Positions 1-8,557 of a stretch of 64,000 nucleotides of DNA are shown here, one piece after another; within the stretch, counting starts at the first letter, position 1, and each line of letters starts with the position of its first letter. The notes under the pieces were generated by a model, which was not told the DNA's origin, did not search any database, and saw only the letters and a program-made list of their open reading frames with translations. The stretch comes from Lachnospiraceae bacterium (GTDB lineage Bacteria; Bacillota_I; Bacilli_A; RFN20; CAG-826): positions 6,519-70,518 of the forward strand of contig CAVKLJ010000007.1 in NCBI GenBank assembly GCA_963657245.1, in the 5' to 3' direction. Both the position numbers and the translations under genes were made by a program.

Positions 1-1448
1 GCGCCAATCGTTTGAATCAATGTGGAGAATTCGGTGTTAGAAACAATCTTTTCCATTGTGACACTATCGGTGTTTAATGGTTTTCCACGTAAAGGAAGGA
101 TCGCCTGATGCAAACGATCACGTCCCGTTTTTGCCGAACCGCCTGCTGAATCGCCCTCGACAATAAATAACTCGTTGTTTTTATAGTCTTTGGATTGGGC
201 ACTGGCTAATTTATCAGATATTACGTAGTCGATGGTTTTCTTTTTATTGCCACGAGCCGCTTCTTTAGCTTTTCTTGCAGCATCACGGGCTTCTTTAGAA
301 GCTTGGCACTTCTTAATTAAGTCCAAAGCAAACTCTTTATGCTCGTTTAAATAGTATGTAAAGAAGTTTTGGACGGCATTAGAAACGACGGATGTTGCCT
401 CTGGTGTACCAAGCTTTCCTTTTGTTTGCCCTTCGTATTCGAGTTTTTCTTCAGGGACTTTAACGGAAACGATTGCGGTTAAGCCTTCTCTGATGTCGCT
501 TCCATCAATTGTTTGATTTGGGCGGATCAATTCGTTTTGCTGAGCCCAATCATTTAAGGTCTTTGTCAAAGACGTCTTAAAACCTGTTTCGTGGGTTCCG
601 CCATCTCCCGTTTTTACATCGTTAGCGTAAGAAAGGATGCTCTCGTTATAATCTTGCGAACACCATTGCATGGCAATTTCTACGACAATTGGATTTGATC
701 TATCGACAAAATCGATTGTTTCGCCAATAGGAGTTTTATTTTGTGTTAAAGACTGAACGTATTCTCTTAAGCCGTGTTCAGTGTAAAAATCATGGGAATT
801 ACCGGTTTTTTGATCTTTTAAAACAAAATGAACGCCGGTTAAAAGGTAGCTTTTTTCCTCTAAACGATTATAGATTGTGTCCCAAGAGAATTTGACGTTA
901 GGGAAAATTGTTGGGTCAGGTTTGAAATGGACGCATGTGCCGTGTTTACTTGATGTTCCGATGACTTCAAGAGGTTGCAAAAGCTCTCCGCCGTTATGGA
1001 AAGATATGTGATAGATCTTGCCATCACGATAAATCGTTACTTCGCAAAACTCCGATAAAGCGTTTGTTACTGTAGCGCCTACGCCATGGAGACCACCAGA
1101 AACTTGATAGACTTTGCTATTGAATTTTCCGCCAGAATGCAAGGTTGTGTAGATTAATTGAACAGCTGGAATCTTGGCTTGAGGATGGATATCAACTGGG
1201 ATACCGCGTCCTTCATCTTCAACCGAAATAGAGCCGTCTTTTAACATGGTAACCGTAATCTTTTTGCCATATCCGTTAACGGCTTCATCAACGGCATTAT
1301 CAACAATTTCCCAAACTAAGTGATGAAGACCGCTTAAATTTGTACTGCCAATGTACATGCCAGGACGTTTTCTAACGCCCTCTAACTCACTCAAAACTTC
1401 AATGTTTCGTGCTGTATAATTACTTTCTGCTTTTTCAATATCGTCCAT
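1..1448 (-). CDS. parE: Type IIA topoisomerase ATPase subunit, most likely topoisomerase IV subunit B (5' part; the 3' end runs off the window)
   Basis: Manual minus-strand translation from ATG at 1448 gives MDDIEKAESNYTARNIEVLSELEGVRKRPGMYIGST...HHLVWEIVDNAVDE...GGLHGVGATV...LFIVEGDSAGGSAKTGRDRLHQAILPLRGKPLNT. The SAQSK and GGSAKxGRDR forms resemble ParE more than GyrB. It sits next to plsY, as in B. subtilis. Confidence 0.75.
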   Translation of the reverse strand, partial: MDDIEKAESNYTARNIEVLSELEGVRKRPGMYIGSTNLSGLHHLVWEIVDNAVDEAVNGYGKKITVTMLKDGSISVEDEGRGIPVDIHPQAKIPAVQLIYTTLHSGGKFNSKVYQVSGGLHGVGATVTNALSEFCEVTIYRDGKIYHISFHNGGELLQPLEVIGTSSKHGTCVHFKPDPTIFPNVKFSWDTIYNRLEEKSYLLTGVHFVLKDQKTGNSHDFYTEHGLREYVQSLTQNKTPIGETIDFVDRSNPIVVEIAMQWCSQDYNESILSYANDVKTGDGGTHETGFKTSLTKTLNDWAQQNELIRPNQTIDGSDIREGLTAIVSVKVPEEKLEYEGQTKGKLGTPEATSVVSNAVQNFFTYYLNEHKEFALDLIKKCQASKEARDAARKAKEAARGNKKKTIDYVISDKLASAQSKDYKNNELFIVEGDSAGGSAKTGRDRLHQAILPLRGKPLNTDSVTMEKIVSNTEFSTLIQTIG

Positions 1449-1546
1449 AAGTCCACTGTTACCTAGGTTTTATTATAGCAAAGTATGTTGAAAAAGTAAC
1501 GTTATCTAATAGATAATATTTAAGATTTTTAAATCGAGGAAAGAAT

Positions 1547-2281
1547 ATGAACGATATATTGTGCAACATATTGCTAGCAGTCTTCATCTCCTTGTATGGT
1601 TTTTTACTTGGAAGCATACCAAATGGGGTTTTAATCGGGAAAATATTTTTTGGAAAAGATCCAAGAGATTATGGATCTAAAAATTCTGGCGGAACAAATT
1701 CAGGAAGAGTTTTCGGGAAGAAGGCTGGCGTTGCCGTTATTGCTTTGGATATATTGAAGACGATTATTGCGTTTTGGACGGTTTGGGCGTTTTTAAGATT
1801 TTCTGATGTAAGAACTAAATGCGTCATTTGGGATGATGGCGTTTTTTATAACTATCTCGTTTTGCTTTTTGCAGCTTTAGGACATTGTTTCTCGCCATGG
1901 ATTGGCTTTAGAGGAGGCAAGGCTGTTGCTTGCTTTATGGGATCAACGGGAGGACAAGGCTTTTTGAACTTGGCTCTTTGCGTTGGCATCTTTACCGCTT
2001 TATTCAAAAAGAAACACGTTATGTCTGCAGCGACAATTTTCACAAGCATCATTGTTGTTATAACCCAATGGGCGCTTTTTGTTATTAGGATTTTATTGAA
2101 CGCCAATGGTCAACGAATTATGGACTACTTCATGTTTAACCTAGGATATGGCGGCGGGGTATTTTATGGCTGGGAAGAAGCATTAATAAGCACATTAATC
2201 ATGTTGATTCTTATCGCCAGACATTCTTCAAACATCAAACGTCTTAAAAACGGCGAAGAAAAGCCAGTTGAATGGAAATAG
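1547..2281 (+). CDS. plsY: Glycerol-3-phosphate acyltransferase PlsY (acyl-phosphate dependent)
   Basis: GSIPNGVLIGK...DPRDYGSKNSGGTNSGRVFGKKAG motif in a polytopic membrane protein. At 244 aa it is somewhat longer than typical PlsY. Confidence 0.85.
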   Translation: MNDILCNILLAVFISLYGFLLGSIPNGVLIGKIFFGKDPRDYGSKNSGGTNSGRVFGKKAGVAVIALDILKTIIAFWTVWAFLRFSDVRTKCVIWDDGVFYNYLVLLFAALGHCFSPWIGFRGGKAVACFMGSTGGQGFLNLALCVGIFTALFKKKHVMSAATIFTSIIVVITQWALFVIRILLNANGQRIMDYFMFNLGYGGGVFYGWEEALISTLIMLILIARHSSNIKRLKNGEEKPVEWK

Positions 2282-2394
2282 TTTTTAATTAGTAGTAACC
2301 TAGTATTTCATGTTGGTCATATTGTTTCGATTAAATGTACACAATTAATAAAACTTAGTGATTTTATATAAAATAAATGTTGATTATTGGAAAA

Positions 2395-2418
2395 AGGCCT
2401 TTGGATAAGGCTTTTTTC
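2395..2418 (+). terminator. Weak candidate rho-independent terminator downstream of plsY
   Basis: gcctt-tggat-aaggc hairpin followed by tttttt. The stem is only 5 bp and lies about 115 nt after the plsY stop. Confidence 0.35.
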
Positions 2419-2628
2419 GTTTGAAAAGATTACTAATTAGATTTTTATAGGCATTCTAATTAATTGCTGTCCCCTCTATTGTTTTCTTTTGAATTATTAG
2501 CTGGCTAAATTAATCTACTAATCTGCATCAAGTTAAAACGTATTCAGTCAATACAATATAAGGCGTGTAAGATATTTGTAAAATCAAGCTTTGATAATTT
2601 CCTTTGGTTTTGCTTCTTCTACTATAAC

Positions 2629-2656
2629 AAAAAAGCGCCCCATTATAACGGGACGC
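2629..2656 (-). terminator. Rho-independent terminator ending the rpmG-MBL-efp-yneF transcription unit
   Basis: Minus strand reads gcgtccc-gttataat-ggggcgc followed by tttttt. The 7-bp stem includes one G-U pair. Confidence 0.7.
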
Positions 2657-2675
2657 ATTCTTTCGTTTTGATTGA

Positions 2676-2897
2676 TTATAAGTTTTTATTCATCGAATTC
2701 ATGACTGAGCGAATTTGAGCTTCAGATGGTTTTCTTCCCATTTGAGCAAACATTGCTCTAATCATCTTTTCGTTGATTGGAGGGTTCTTCTTCAATTCGC
2801 GTTTGATTAATGCTCTAGCGCCAAAGAAACCGCCAACTCCGCCAACAATTAAGGCTAATATTAGATAAAGGACAAATTGCCAAACTTCAATTGACAT
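2676..2897 (-). CDS. yneF: UPF0154 family small membrane protein (YneF-like)
   Basis: 73 aa with an N-terminal TM helix, then ARALIKRELKKNPPINEKMIRAMFAQMGRKPSEAQI, typical of UPF0154/YneF. Confidence 0.75.
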   Translation of the reverse strand: MSIEVWQFVLYLILALIVGGVGGFFGARALIKRELKKNPPINEKMIRAMFAQMGRKPSEAQIRSVMNSMNKNL

Positions 2898-2899
2898 TA

Positions 2900-3457
2900 T
2901 TAGGCCCTCTTATCGTATTTTCCTGTTGTGGTATCAACCATGACTTTTTCGCCTTCGTTGATGAATAATGGAACTCTGATTGTTAATCCTGTTTCGAGTT
3001 TGGCATCTTTGCTTCCGCCGTTGCTGATTGTATCACCACGGACGCCTGGTTCGGTCTCGACGACTTCAAGAGCGACCTTTGCTGGTAATTCAACACCTAA
3101 GATCTCTTCTTCATAGGAAACCATGATAACTTCGCCATTTGGTGCGAGATATTGGGCTTCGTTCTTTAATGTGTCTTTTGGAAGTTCAACTTGTTCGTAG
3201 GTTTCTGGATCCATGAAAACAAGTGTTGTTCCACCATCATAAAGATATTGCATGTTTCTCTTTGTGATGCTGACTAATTCGACATCATATCCACTGTTAC
3301 GTGCGATTTCTGTGATGGCTCCTGTACGGACATTCTTAACTTTAACTTTTGCGACCATCTTTCTCATTGCTGTTTTGTTAAGCAAAATGTCGATGACTTG
3401 ATATAAGGTATTTTCATCTTCGAAATAGTTGCCTGGGCGTAATTCTGTAACGTTCAT
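2900..3457 (-). CDS. efp: Translation elongation factor P
   Basis: 185 aa, with LRPGNYFEDENTLYQVID...KVKVKNVRTGA...YLYDGG...FMDPETYEQ typical of EF-P. Confidence 0.93.
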   Translation of the reverse strand: MNVTELRPGNYFEDENTLYQVIDILLNKTAMRKMVAKVKVKNVRTGAITEIARNSGYDVELVSITKRNMQYLYDGGTTLVFMDPETYEQVELPKDTLKNEAQYLAPNGEVIMVSYEEEILGVELPAKVALEVVETEPGVRGDTISNGGSKDAKLETGLTIRVPLFINEGEKVMVDTTTGKYDKRA

Positions 3458-3514
3458 TATAATTTTCTCCTTTTTTGAACCATTTGGAATTTTAAACCAA
3501 TTTACTTTAAGTAT

Positions 3515-4153
3515 CTACTTAAAAAGCTGAAGAAAGTACTCATTATAGCGAAATTCATTATCCAAAGTGGTGTTTTCACCATGTCCTGGATAGACCAATG
3601 TGTCTTTTGGCAAACTTTTAAGCTTCTTAAGTGAGGAAAAAACAGTCTTATTGCTGCCAGTTGGCAAGTCCGTTCTACCTACTCCAAGATGAAATAATGT
3701 ATCTCCGCTAAAAAGAACATTTTCCTTCTCCAGATAAAAGCAAAGGCTTCCGTGAGTGTGAAATGGCGTTTCTATAACCTTAAAAGTCATTCCTTCGACG
3801 GTTAATACATCATCATCTTGAATGTTTTTTATTTCCAAATCTTCGATAATCAGCGGTTCTTTCGTTGTATATGCTGATAAATTCAGATAAGGATCGGTTA
3901 GAAAGCTCTCATCCTGATAAGAAATATAAACTGGGGATTTTGCTTTTAAAGAGGCCAAACCGGAAATGTGATCGTAATGACCATGCGTTATTAAAATAGC
4001 CTTAAGATTCAAGGCATGACGCTTTAAAAACGAATCTAAGCAACCATTTTCGTTAGATCCTGGATCGATGACAACGCAATCTTTGACATCATTTGAAACA
4101 ATATATGTATTACATGTTTCAGATGGTTTGAAATGTAATTTCTCTATTTTCAT
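3515..4153 (-). CDS. MBL-fold metallo-hydrolase (GloB/YqgX-like)
   Basis: ILITHGHYDHISG (HxHxDH motif) and a later HTHG/PGH pattern; 212 aa. Confidence 0.8.
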   Translation of the reverse strand: MKIEKLHFKPSETCNTYIVSNDVKDCVVIDPGSNENGCLDSFLKRHALNLKAILITHGHYDHISGLASLKAKSPVYISYQDESFLTDPYLNLSAYTTKEPLIIEDLEIKNIQDDDVLTVEGMTFKVIETPFHTHGSLCFYLEKENVLFSGDTLFHLGVGRTDLPTGSNKTVFSSLKKLKSLPKDTLVYPGHGENTTLDNEFRYNEYFLQLFK

Positions 4154-4155
4154 GA

Positions 4156-4180
4156 TAAAAAAATAAGGCCGAAGCCTTAT
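4156..4180 (-). terminator. Hairpin with T-run immediately after rpmG (terminator or attenuator)
   Basis: Minus strand reads ataaggc-ttcg-gccttat followed by tttttttt. The T-run ends 3 nt before the ATG of the MBL gene, so downstream genes probably depend on read-through. Confidence 0.6.
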
Positions 4181-4186
4181 CTTTCG

Positions 4187-4351
4187 TTATTTCTTTGTTT
4201 CGATGTGAAGGGTTTCTTTCTTGCAACGGCTGCAGAACTTCTTGGTTTCCATCTTGTTTGGATGGGTTTTCTTGTTTCTAGTTGTAATGTAGTTGTGCTC
4301 ACCGCATTCACTGCAAGCAAGAATTACTTGATCACGTTTACTTTTTGCCAT
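4187..4351 (-). CDS. rpmG: 50S ribosomal protein L33 (not in the supplied ORF track, below its length cut-off)
   Basis: Manual translation gives MAKSKRDQVILACSECGEHNYITTRNKKTHPNKMETKKFCSRCKKETLHIETKK (54 aa), with CxxC...CxxC zinc-ribbon L33 signature. Confidence 0.9.
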   Translation of the reverse strand: MAKSKRDQVILACSECGEHNYITTRNKKTHPNKMETKKFCSRCKKETLHIETKK

Positions 4352-4446
4352 ATTTATTCACTCTTCTTTCTTTAAGCGTTGCTTATGTTATCATAGACTC
4401 AAGAAAAGTTCTACAAGAAATCGAATAAAAAGTTTAAAATTTGTCT

Positions 4447-5499
4447 ATGTTCAAAAGAGAAAATACAAAGCAAGTCAAAATAGGAAACCTCCTAATGGGA
4501 GGAAACGATCACATTTACGTTCAATCGATGGCTTCGATAAAGACATCGAACGTTCCCGAAGTTAGTAAACAAATCAATAAATGCGCGGCATATGGTTGCG
4601 AATTAATGCGTTGCTCATGCCTTGATATGGAAGACGCAATGGCGTTTAGAGAAATAAAGAAAAACGTTTGTATCCCGCTTGTAGCCGATATTCATTTCGA
4701 TTACAGGCTCGCTTTAGCGGCGATTGATGCCGGAGTTGATGCTATCCGTCTAAACCCAGGAAACATCGGAAACGTGGAAAATGTTGAAAAAGTCGTAAGA
4801 AAGTGCAAAGAACACCAAATACCGATTAGAATTGGCGTTAATGGCGGATCTATAGACAAAACAATTTATGATGGAAAAAATGTTGTTAAAGGGCAATTTC
4901 TTTTTGAATCAGCTTTGAAACATGTCACGATTCTTGAAAAACTAGGATTTTACGATATTGTCATATCTTTAAAAGGTAGTGATCCCCTTGAAACTATCGC
5001 AGCATATCGCTTAGCTGCCGAGAAGTTACCTTATCCACTTCATTTAGGCGTTACTGAGGCTGGACCTATGGAAACTTCTTTAATTAGATCGTCTGCAACT
5101 TTAGCTCCTTTGTTATTAGACGGTATAGGAAATACGATTAGATTATCCTTAACCGAAGATCCAGTCGAAGAGGTTAAAGCTGCAAATCGACTTTTGCATG
5201 ATCTTAAACTGAAAGAAGATTGGCCAACCTTTATTTCTTGCCCTACTTGTGGAAGAACACAAGTCAACCTTTTGCCGCTTGCAAAAAGGATTCAATCATA
5301 TTTAGAAGAAAACAAAATATACAAAACAGTTGCCATAATGGGCTGCATAGTAAATGGCCCTGGTGAAGCAAAACATGCTGATTTAGGCGCAGCTGGGGGA
5401 AATGGCAAATGGGTCTTATTTAAAAAAGGAGAAACCATCAAAACTGTCGATGATTCCTCCATTTATGAGACCTTAATCGAAGAGATAAATAAACTTTGA
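4447..5499 (+). CDS. ispG: 4-hydroxy-3-methylbut-2-en-1-yl diphosphate synthase (MEP pathway)
   Basis: VQSM...DIHFDYRLA...RLNPGNIG...RIGVNGGS...HLGVTEAG...SCPTCGRT...MGCIVNGPGE. The ORF-track start at 4441 is TTG; ATG at 4447 is preferred. Ends in TGA. Confidence 0.92.
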   Translation: MFKRENTKQVKIGNLLMGGNDHIYVQSMASIKTSNVPEVSKQINKCAAYGCELMRCSCLDMEDAMAFREIKKNVCIPLVADIHFDYRLALAAIDAGVDAIRLNPGNIGNVENVEKVVRKCKEHQIPIRIGVNGGSIDKTIYDGKNVVKGQFLFESALKHVTILEKLGFYDIVISLKGSDPLETIAAYRLAAEKLPYPLHLGVTEAGPMETSLIRSSATLAPLLLDGIGNTIRLSLTEDPVEEVKAANRLLHDLKLKEDWPTFISCPTCGRTQVNLLPLAKRIQSYLEENKIYKTVAIMGCIVNGPGEAKHADLGAAGGNGKWVLFKKGETIKTVDDSSIYETLIEEINKL

Positions 5500-6882
5500 T
5501 TATTTGTCTTTATATTTGCTATTAGCGGCTTTAGCCTTTTCTTTATATTGCTTTTCAAGCTCTTTTCTGATTGATTTTTGAATTGCTTTCTTGCGGTACT
5601 TTTTCTTAACCTTCTCGATAGCAAATTGTTTCTTTTTCTTATACATCGGCTCGATATGCTTTGGACGCGCTAAAGCTTTGGCGATAAGAATTTCTTTCCT
5701 TTCTTCTTCAGGAAGTTCTTTCTTCTTCTTTAGTTTCGTCTTCGGGAGTAAGCCTACAGGATCTGCTTTCAACTCGTTATTTCTTAAAGTGTAGAAATCA
5801 AAAGAAACGCCTTCATCCATAATCCTTTTGGCGTCTTTTACGGAGTCTGCATTATAAAATACCCATGAATCGCCTTTTTTGCCGAATCTTCCACTTCGTC
5901 CAGCACGGTGGTGATAGAAATCAGTGTCAGAAGGTAAATCAACGGATATTACATCGGTAACATCTGGAATGTCGATTCCTCTAGAAAGAAGGTCGCTAGC
6001 AACTATTACGGAGTATTTGTTCGAACGAATCTCGCGTATTGCCTTTTTTCTCGAACGATCGTCTAACGCTCCGCTAAAATAGATAGCATCGATATTTGAT
6101 GCCTTTAAGTGTTTGGAAATCTCATTGACAGCTTTTACGGTTGAAGCAAAAACTATGCAAAGATATGGTTTACGAATGTTCAAGAAAGAGACGACAGCGT
6201 TTCCTGTGCCTTGGTGTTTAATGTCGACCAAATGGTGTTTAACGGTTGATGAAGTCTCTGTTTTCTCGCTTTCATATTCAAAATCCGAACGGACGAATTT
6301 ATTAAGCTCATCACGAAGATTTTGTTTTAATGTCGCTGAGAAAACCATTGTTTGTGGTTCTCTTAAAAGGGCAAAAATGCTTTCGATGTCTTCGAAGAAA
6401 CCTAGGTCAAGCAACATATCCGCTTCATCCAAAACGACGGTTTTAATGTTTTGAAGCGTGAAAATGTGCTTATCAACTAGCAAATCTTTTAATCTTCCTG
6501 GTGTTCCAACTACTATTTGTGGAGGAACGCTTGACCCTTCTTCGTTGGATGAAACGTCGCTTTCGGATGTATATAAACGAACTCTCAAATTTTGATAGAA
6601 ACGTTGGAATTGTCTGGCAAAATCGTATGTTTGTCTTGCGAGTTCTCTAGTTGGAGCGATGATTATCGCTTGTGTGCGGTTTAGATTCAAATCGCATTTT
6701 TCGATGATTGGAATCAAATAAGCGTGGGTTTTCCCGGATCCGGTTTCGCTTTGTGCCAATAAAGAAACTCCGCGTAATGCCTTTGGTATAACTGTATTTT
6801 GAACGTTTGATGGTTCTTTATAACCCAAGGCATTAAGGGCAGAGACCATCTTTTTTGATAATGCAAATCTACTGAAACTCAT
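5500..6882 (-). CDS. DEAD-box ATP-dependent RNA helicase with Lys-rich C-terminal tail
   Basis: Q-motif region, AQSETGSGKTHAY (motif I), PTRELA, VLDEADMLLD (DEAD), SAT, ARGIDI and HRAGRSGR. The upstream 19 codons of the ORF are hydrophobic noise; start chosen at MSFSRF. Confidence 0.88.
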   Translation of the reverse strand: MSFSRFALSKKMVSALNALGYKEPSNVQNTVIPKALRGVSLLAQSETGSGKTHAYLIPIIEKCDLNLNRTQAIIIAPTRELARQTYDFARQFQRFYQNLRVRLYTSESDVSSNEEGSSVPPQIVVGTPGRLKDLLVDKHIFTLQNIKTVVLDEADMLLDLGFFEDIESIFALLREPQTMVFSATLKQNLRDELNKFVRSDFEYESEKTETSSTVKHHLVDIKHQGTGNAVVSFLNIRKPYLCIVFASTVKAVNEISKHLKASNIDAIYFSGALDDRSRKKAIREIRSNKYSVIVASDLLSRGIDIPDVTDVISVDLPSDTDFYHHRAGRSGRFGKKGDSWVFYNADSVKDAKRIMDEGVSFDFYTLRNNELKADPVGLLPKTKLKKKKELPEEERKEILIAKALARPKHIEPMYKKKKQFAIEKVKKKYRKKAIQKSIRKELEKQYKEKAKAANSKYKDK

Positions 6883-6942
6883 AGCGTTAAGATTATAAAT
6901 AAAAACGAAGCCAAAAACAAAGGAAGAAGCTATAATCAAAAC

Positions 6943-7827
6943 ATGAGAGTTACTTTAGTAAAACCTTTTGGATTCTGCTTTGGAGTCAAAAAAGCGATTG
7001 AAACCGCATATAAAGCAAAGGAAGAGAACCCAAATCAAACGATATATATTTTAGGAAACCTCGTTCATAACGAGACAGTATTGAATGAAATGAAAGGCGA
7101 TGGTTTCGTTTTTCTAAAGGATGATTGCTCACTTTTTGAAAACGAACTCAAGTCCTTAGATGATGGCTCAATAATTGTCTTTTCTGCTCATGGCCATGCG
7201 CCATCTTTGGATAAAATAGCATTGGAAAAAAAGATGAAAATATACGATGCTACCTGCCATTTTGTGAAAATTAACGAAAACAAAATTGAAGAAGAGATAG
7301 GAAACGGAAACGAGGTTATATTCATCGGAGTTAAAAATCATGCGGAAGCCAATGCATCTATTTCAATCGAGAGAAACAAAGTCCATTTGTATGACTGCAA
7401 AACGTCTTTTGATTATGGAAACGTTTATTCTGCATCGCCATTGATAGTTTCACAAACAACGATGACAAGCGGCGAAATTGAAAATGCCACGAAAGAAATA
7501 ATCAATAAATTTCCAAAAGCTAAAATTGCCGCAAAACGTTGCTTTGCCACGGAATCAAGACAAGATAACTTGGTTAAAAGCGGAAACGAAGCGGATGCTT
7601 TCGTCATAATCGGTAGTAAAGAAAGCAATAACACACAAAAACTCATTTGGCTCGTTAACAAGCATTTCCCAAATAAAAAATGCTATTCAATACTGAACGT
7701 CGATGACTTAGAAAAATATAAAAACGAACTTTCGTCATATAAAGAGATTGCGATTTCATCAGGTGCATCCACTCCGGATTCTGTAGTTTTGGCATGTAAA
7801 AAGTATATTGAAGAAAACATTCGATAA
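6943..7827 (+). CDS. ispH: 4-hydroxy-3-methylbut-2-enyl diphosphate reductase (MEP pathway)
   Basis: GFCFGVKKAI, LGNLVHN, SAHGH, DATCHFV, VSQTT and SSGASTP motifs of LytB/IspH. Confidence 0.9.
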   Translation: MRVTLVKPFGFCFGVKKAIETAYKAKEENPNQTIYILGNLVHNETVLNEMKGDGFVFLKDDCSLFENELKSLDDGSIIVFSAHGHAPSLDKIALEKKMKIYDATCHFVKINENKIEEEIGNGNEVIFIGVKNHAEANASISIERNKVHLYDCKTSFDYGNVYSASPLIVSQTTMTSGEIENATKEIINKFPKAKIAAKRCFATESRQDNLVKSGNEADAFVIIGSKESNNTQKLIWLVNKHFPNKKCYSILNVDDLEKYKNELSSYKEIAISSGASTPDSVVLACKKYIEENIR

Positions 7828-7867
7828 TTACTAAATAATATAAAAATATTTAGTAATGTATTAGTAG

Positions 7868-8557
7868 TTATATAGTTCTTTGTTGGTTGTTTATAACAAA
7901 TATTTCTATTTTATTTATCAGATTTAAATACTTATTTTTAACGTCATCAGGCAAATCGTTGTTTTTCAATATGCCATTCATTCGATCGTACTCGCCTTTC
8001 CAATAAGAAATCCAATCTATTGGTTTGTTTTTGACGTTCAATGGTCCGAAAAACACTTCTTCTTGACTATATGAAACGACTGAATTGGCTCTCTTCCACT
8101 TCATAACGTCATAAGCTATTCCGTCTTCGAAAAAGAATGAATTTTGTTCTATTTTGTATCCAATAGAAGACAAATATAGAGTTAGCATCGGCCTATCATT
8201 ATGCGCGTCTATAATTATTGTTTCGATATTCTTTAGTTTATCTGCGTGCGCTTCAATAATGCTCTTTATGAGTTTTCCACCCATTCCTGCCACTATTAAT
8301 GTGTCCGCTTTTGGACTCAATTCTTCGATGCCATCAGATAAAGAGGCCTCTATTGAGGCTTCTAAGCCGTTATTTCTAATTTCCTTTACCATTCTTTGAT
8401 AAGGGCCTTTTTTGTTTTCTATCGCTTGCGCATAGGCTATTTTGCCTTCGTTTATTGCTCTTATAGGAACTCTGCAATGATCGCTTCCGACATCGGCGAT
8501 AATTGCCCCACTATCTATAAAAGAAACGATTGTTTTTATTCTCTTGCTGTCATTCAT
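7868..8557 (-). CDS. trmK: tRNA (adenine22-N1)-methyltransferase TrmK (YqfN-like)
   Basis: IADVGSDHCRVPI...AGMGG pattern of the TrmK family. The start overlaps the dnaG stop by 4 nt. Confidence 0.75.
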   Translation of the reverse strand: MNDSKRIKTIVSFIDSGAIIADVGSDHCRVPIRAINEGKIAYAQAIENKKGPYQRMVKEIRNNGLEASIEASLSDGIEELSPKADTLIVAGMGGKLIKSIIEAHADKLKNIETIIIDAHNDRPMLTLYLSSIGYKIEQNSFFFEDGIAYDVMKWKRANSVVSYSQEEVFFGPLNVKNKPIDWISYWKGEYDRMNGILKNNDLPDDVKNKYLNLINKIEIFVINNQQRTI

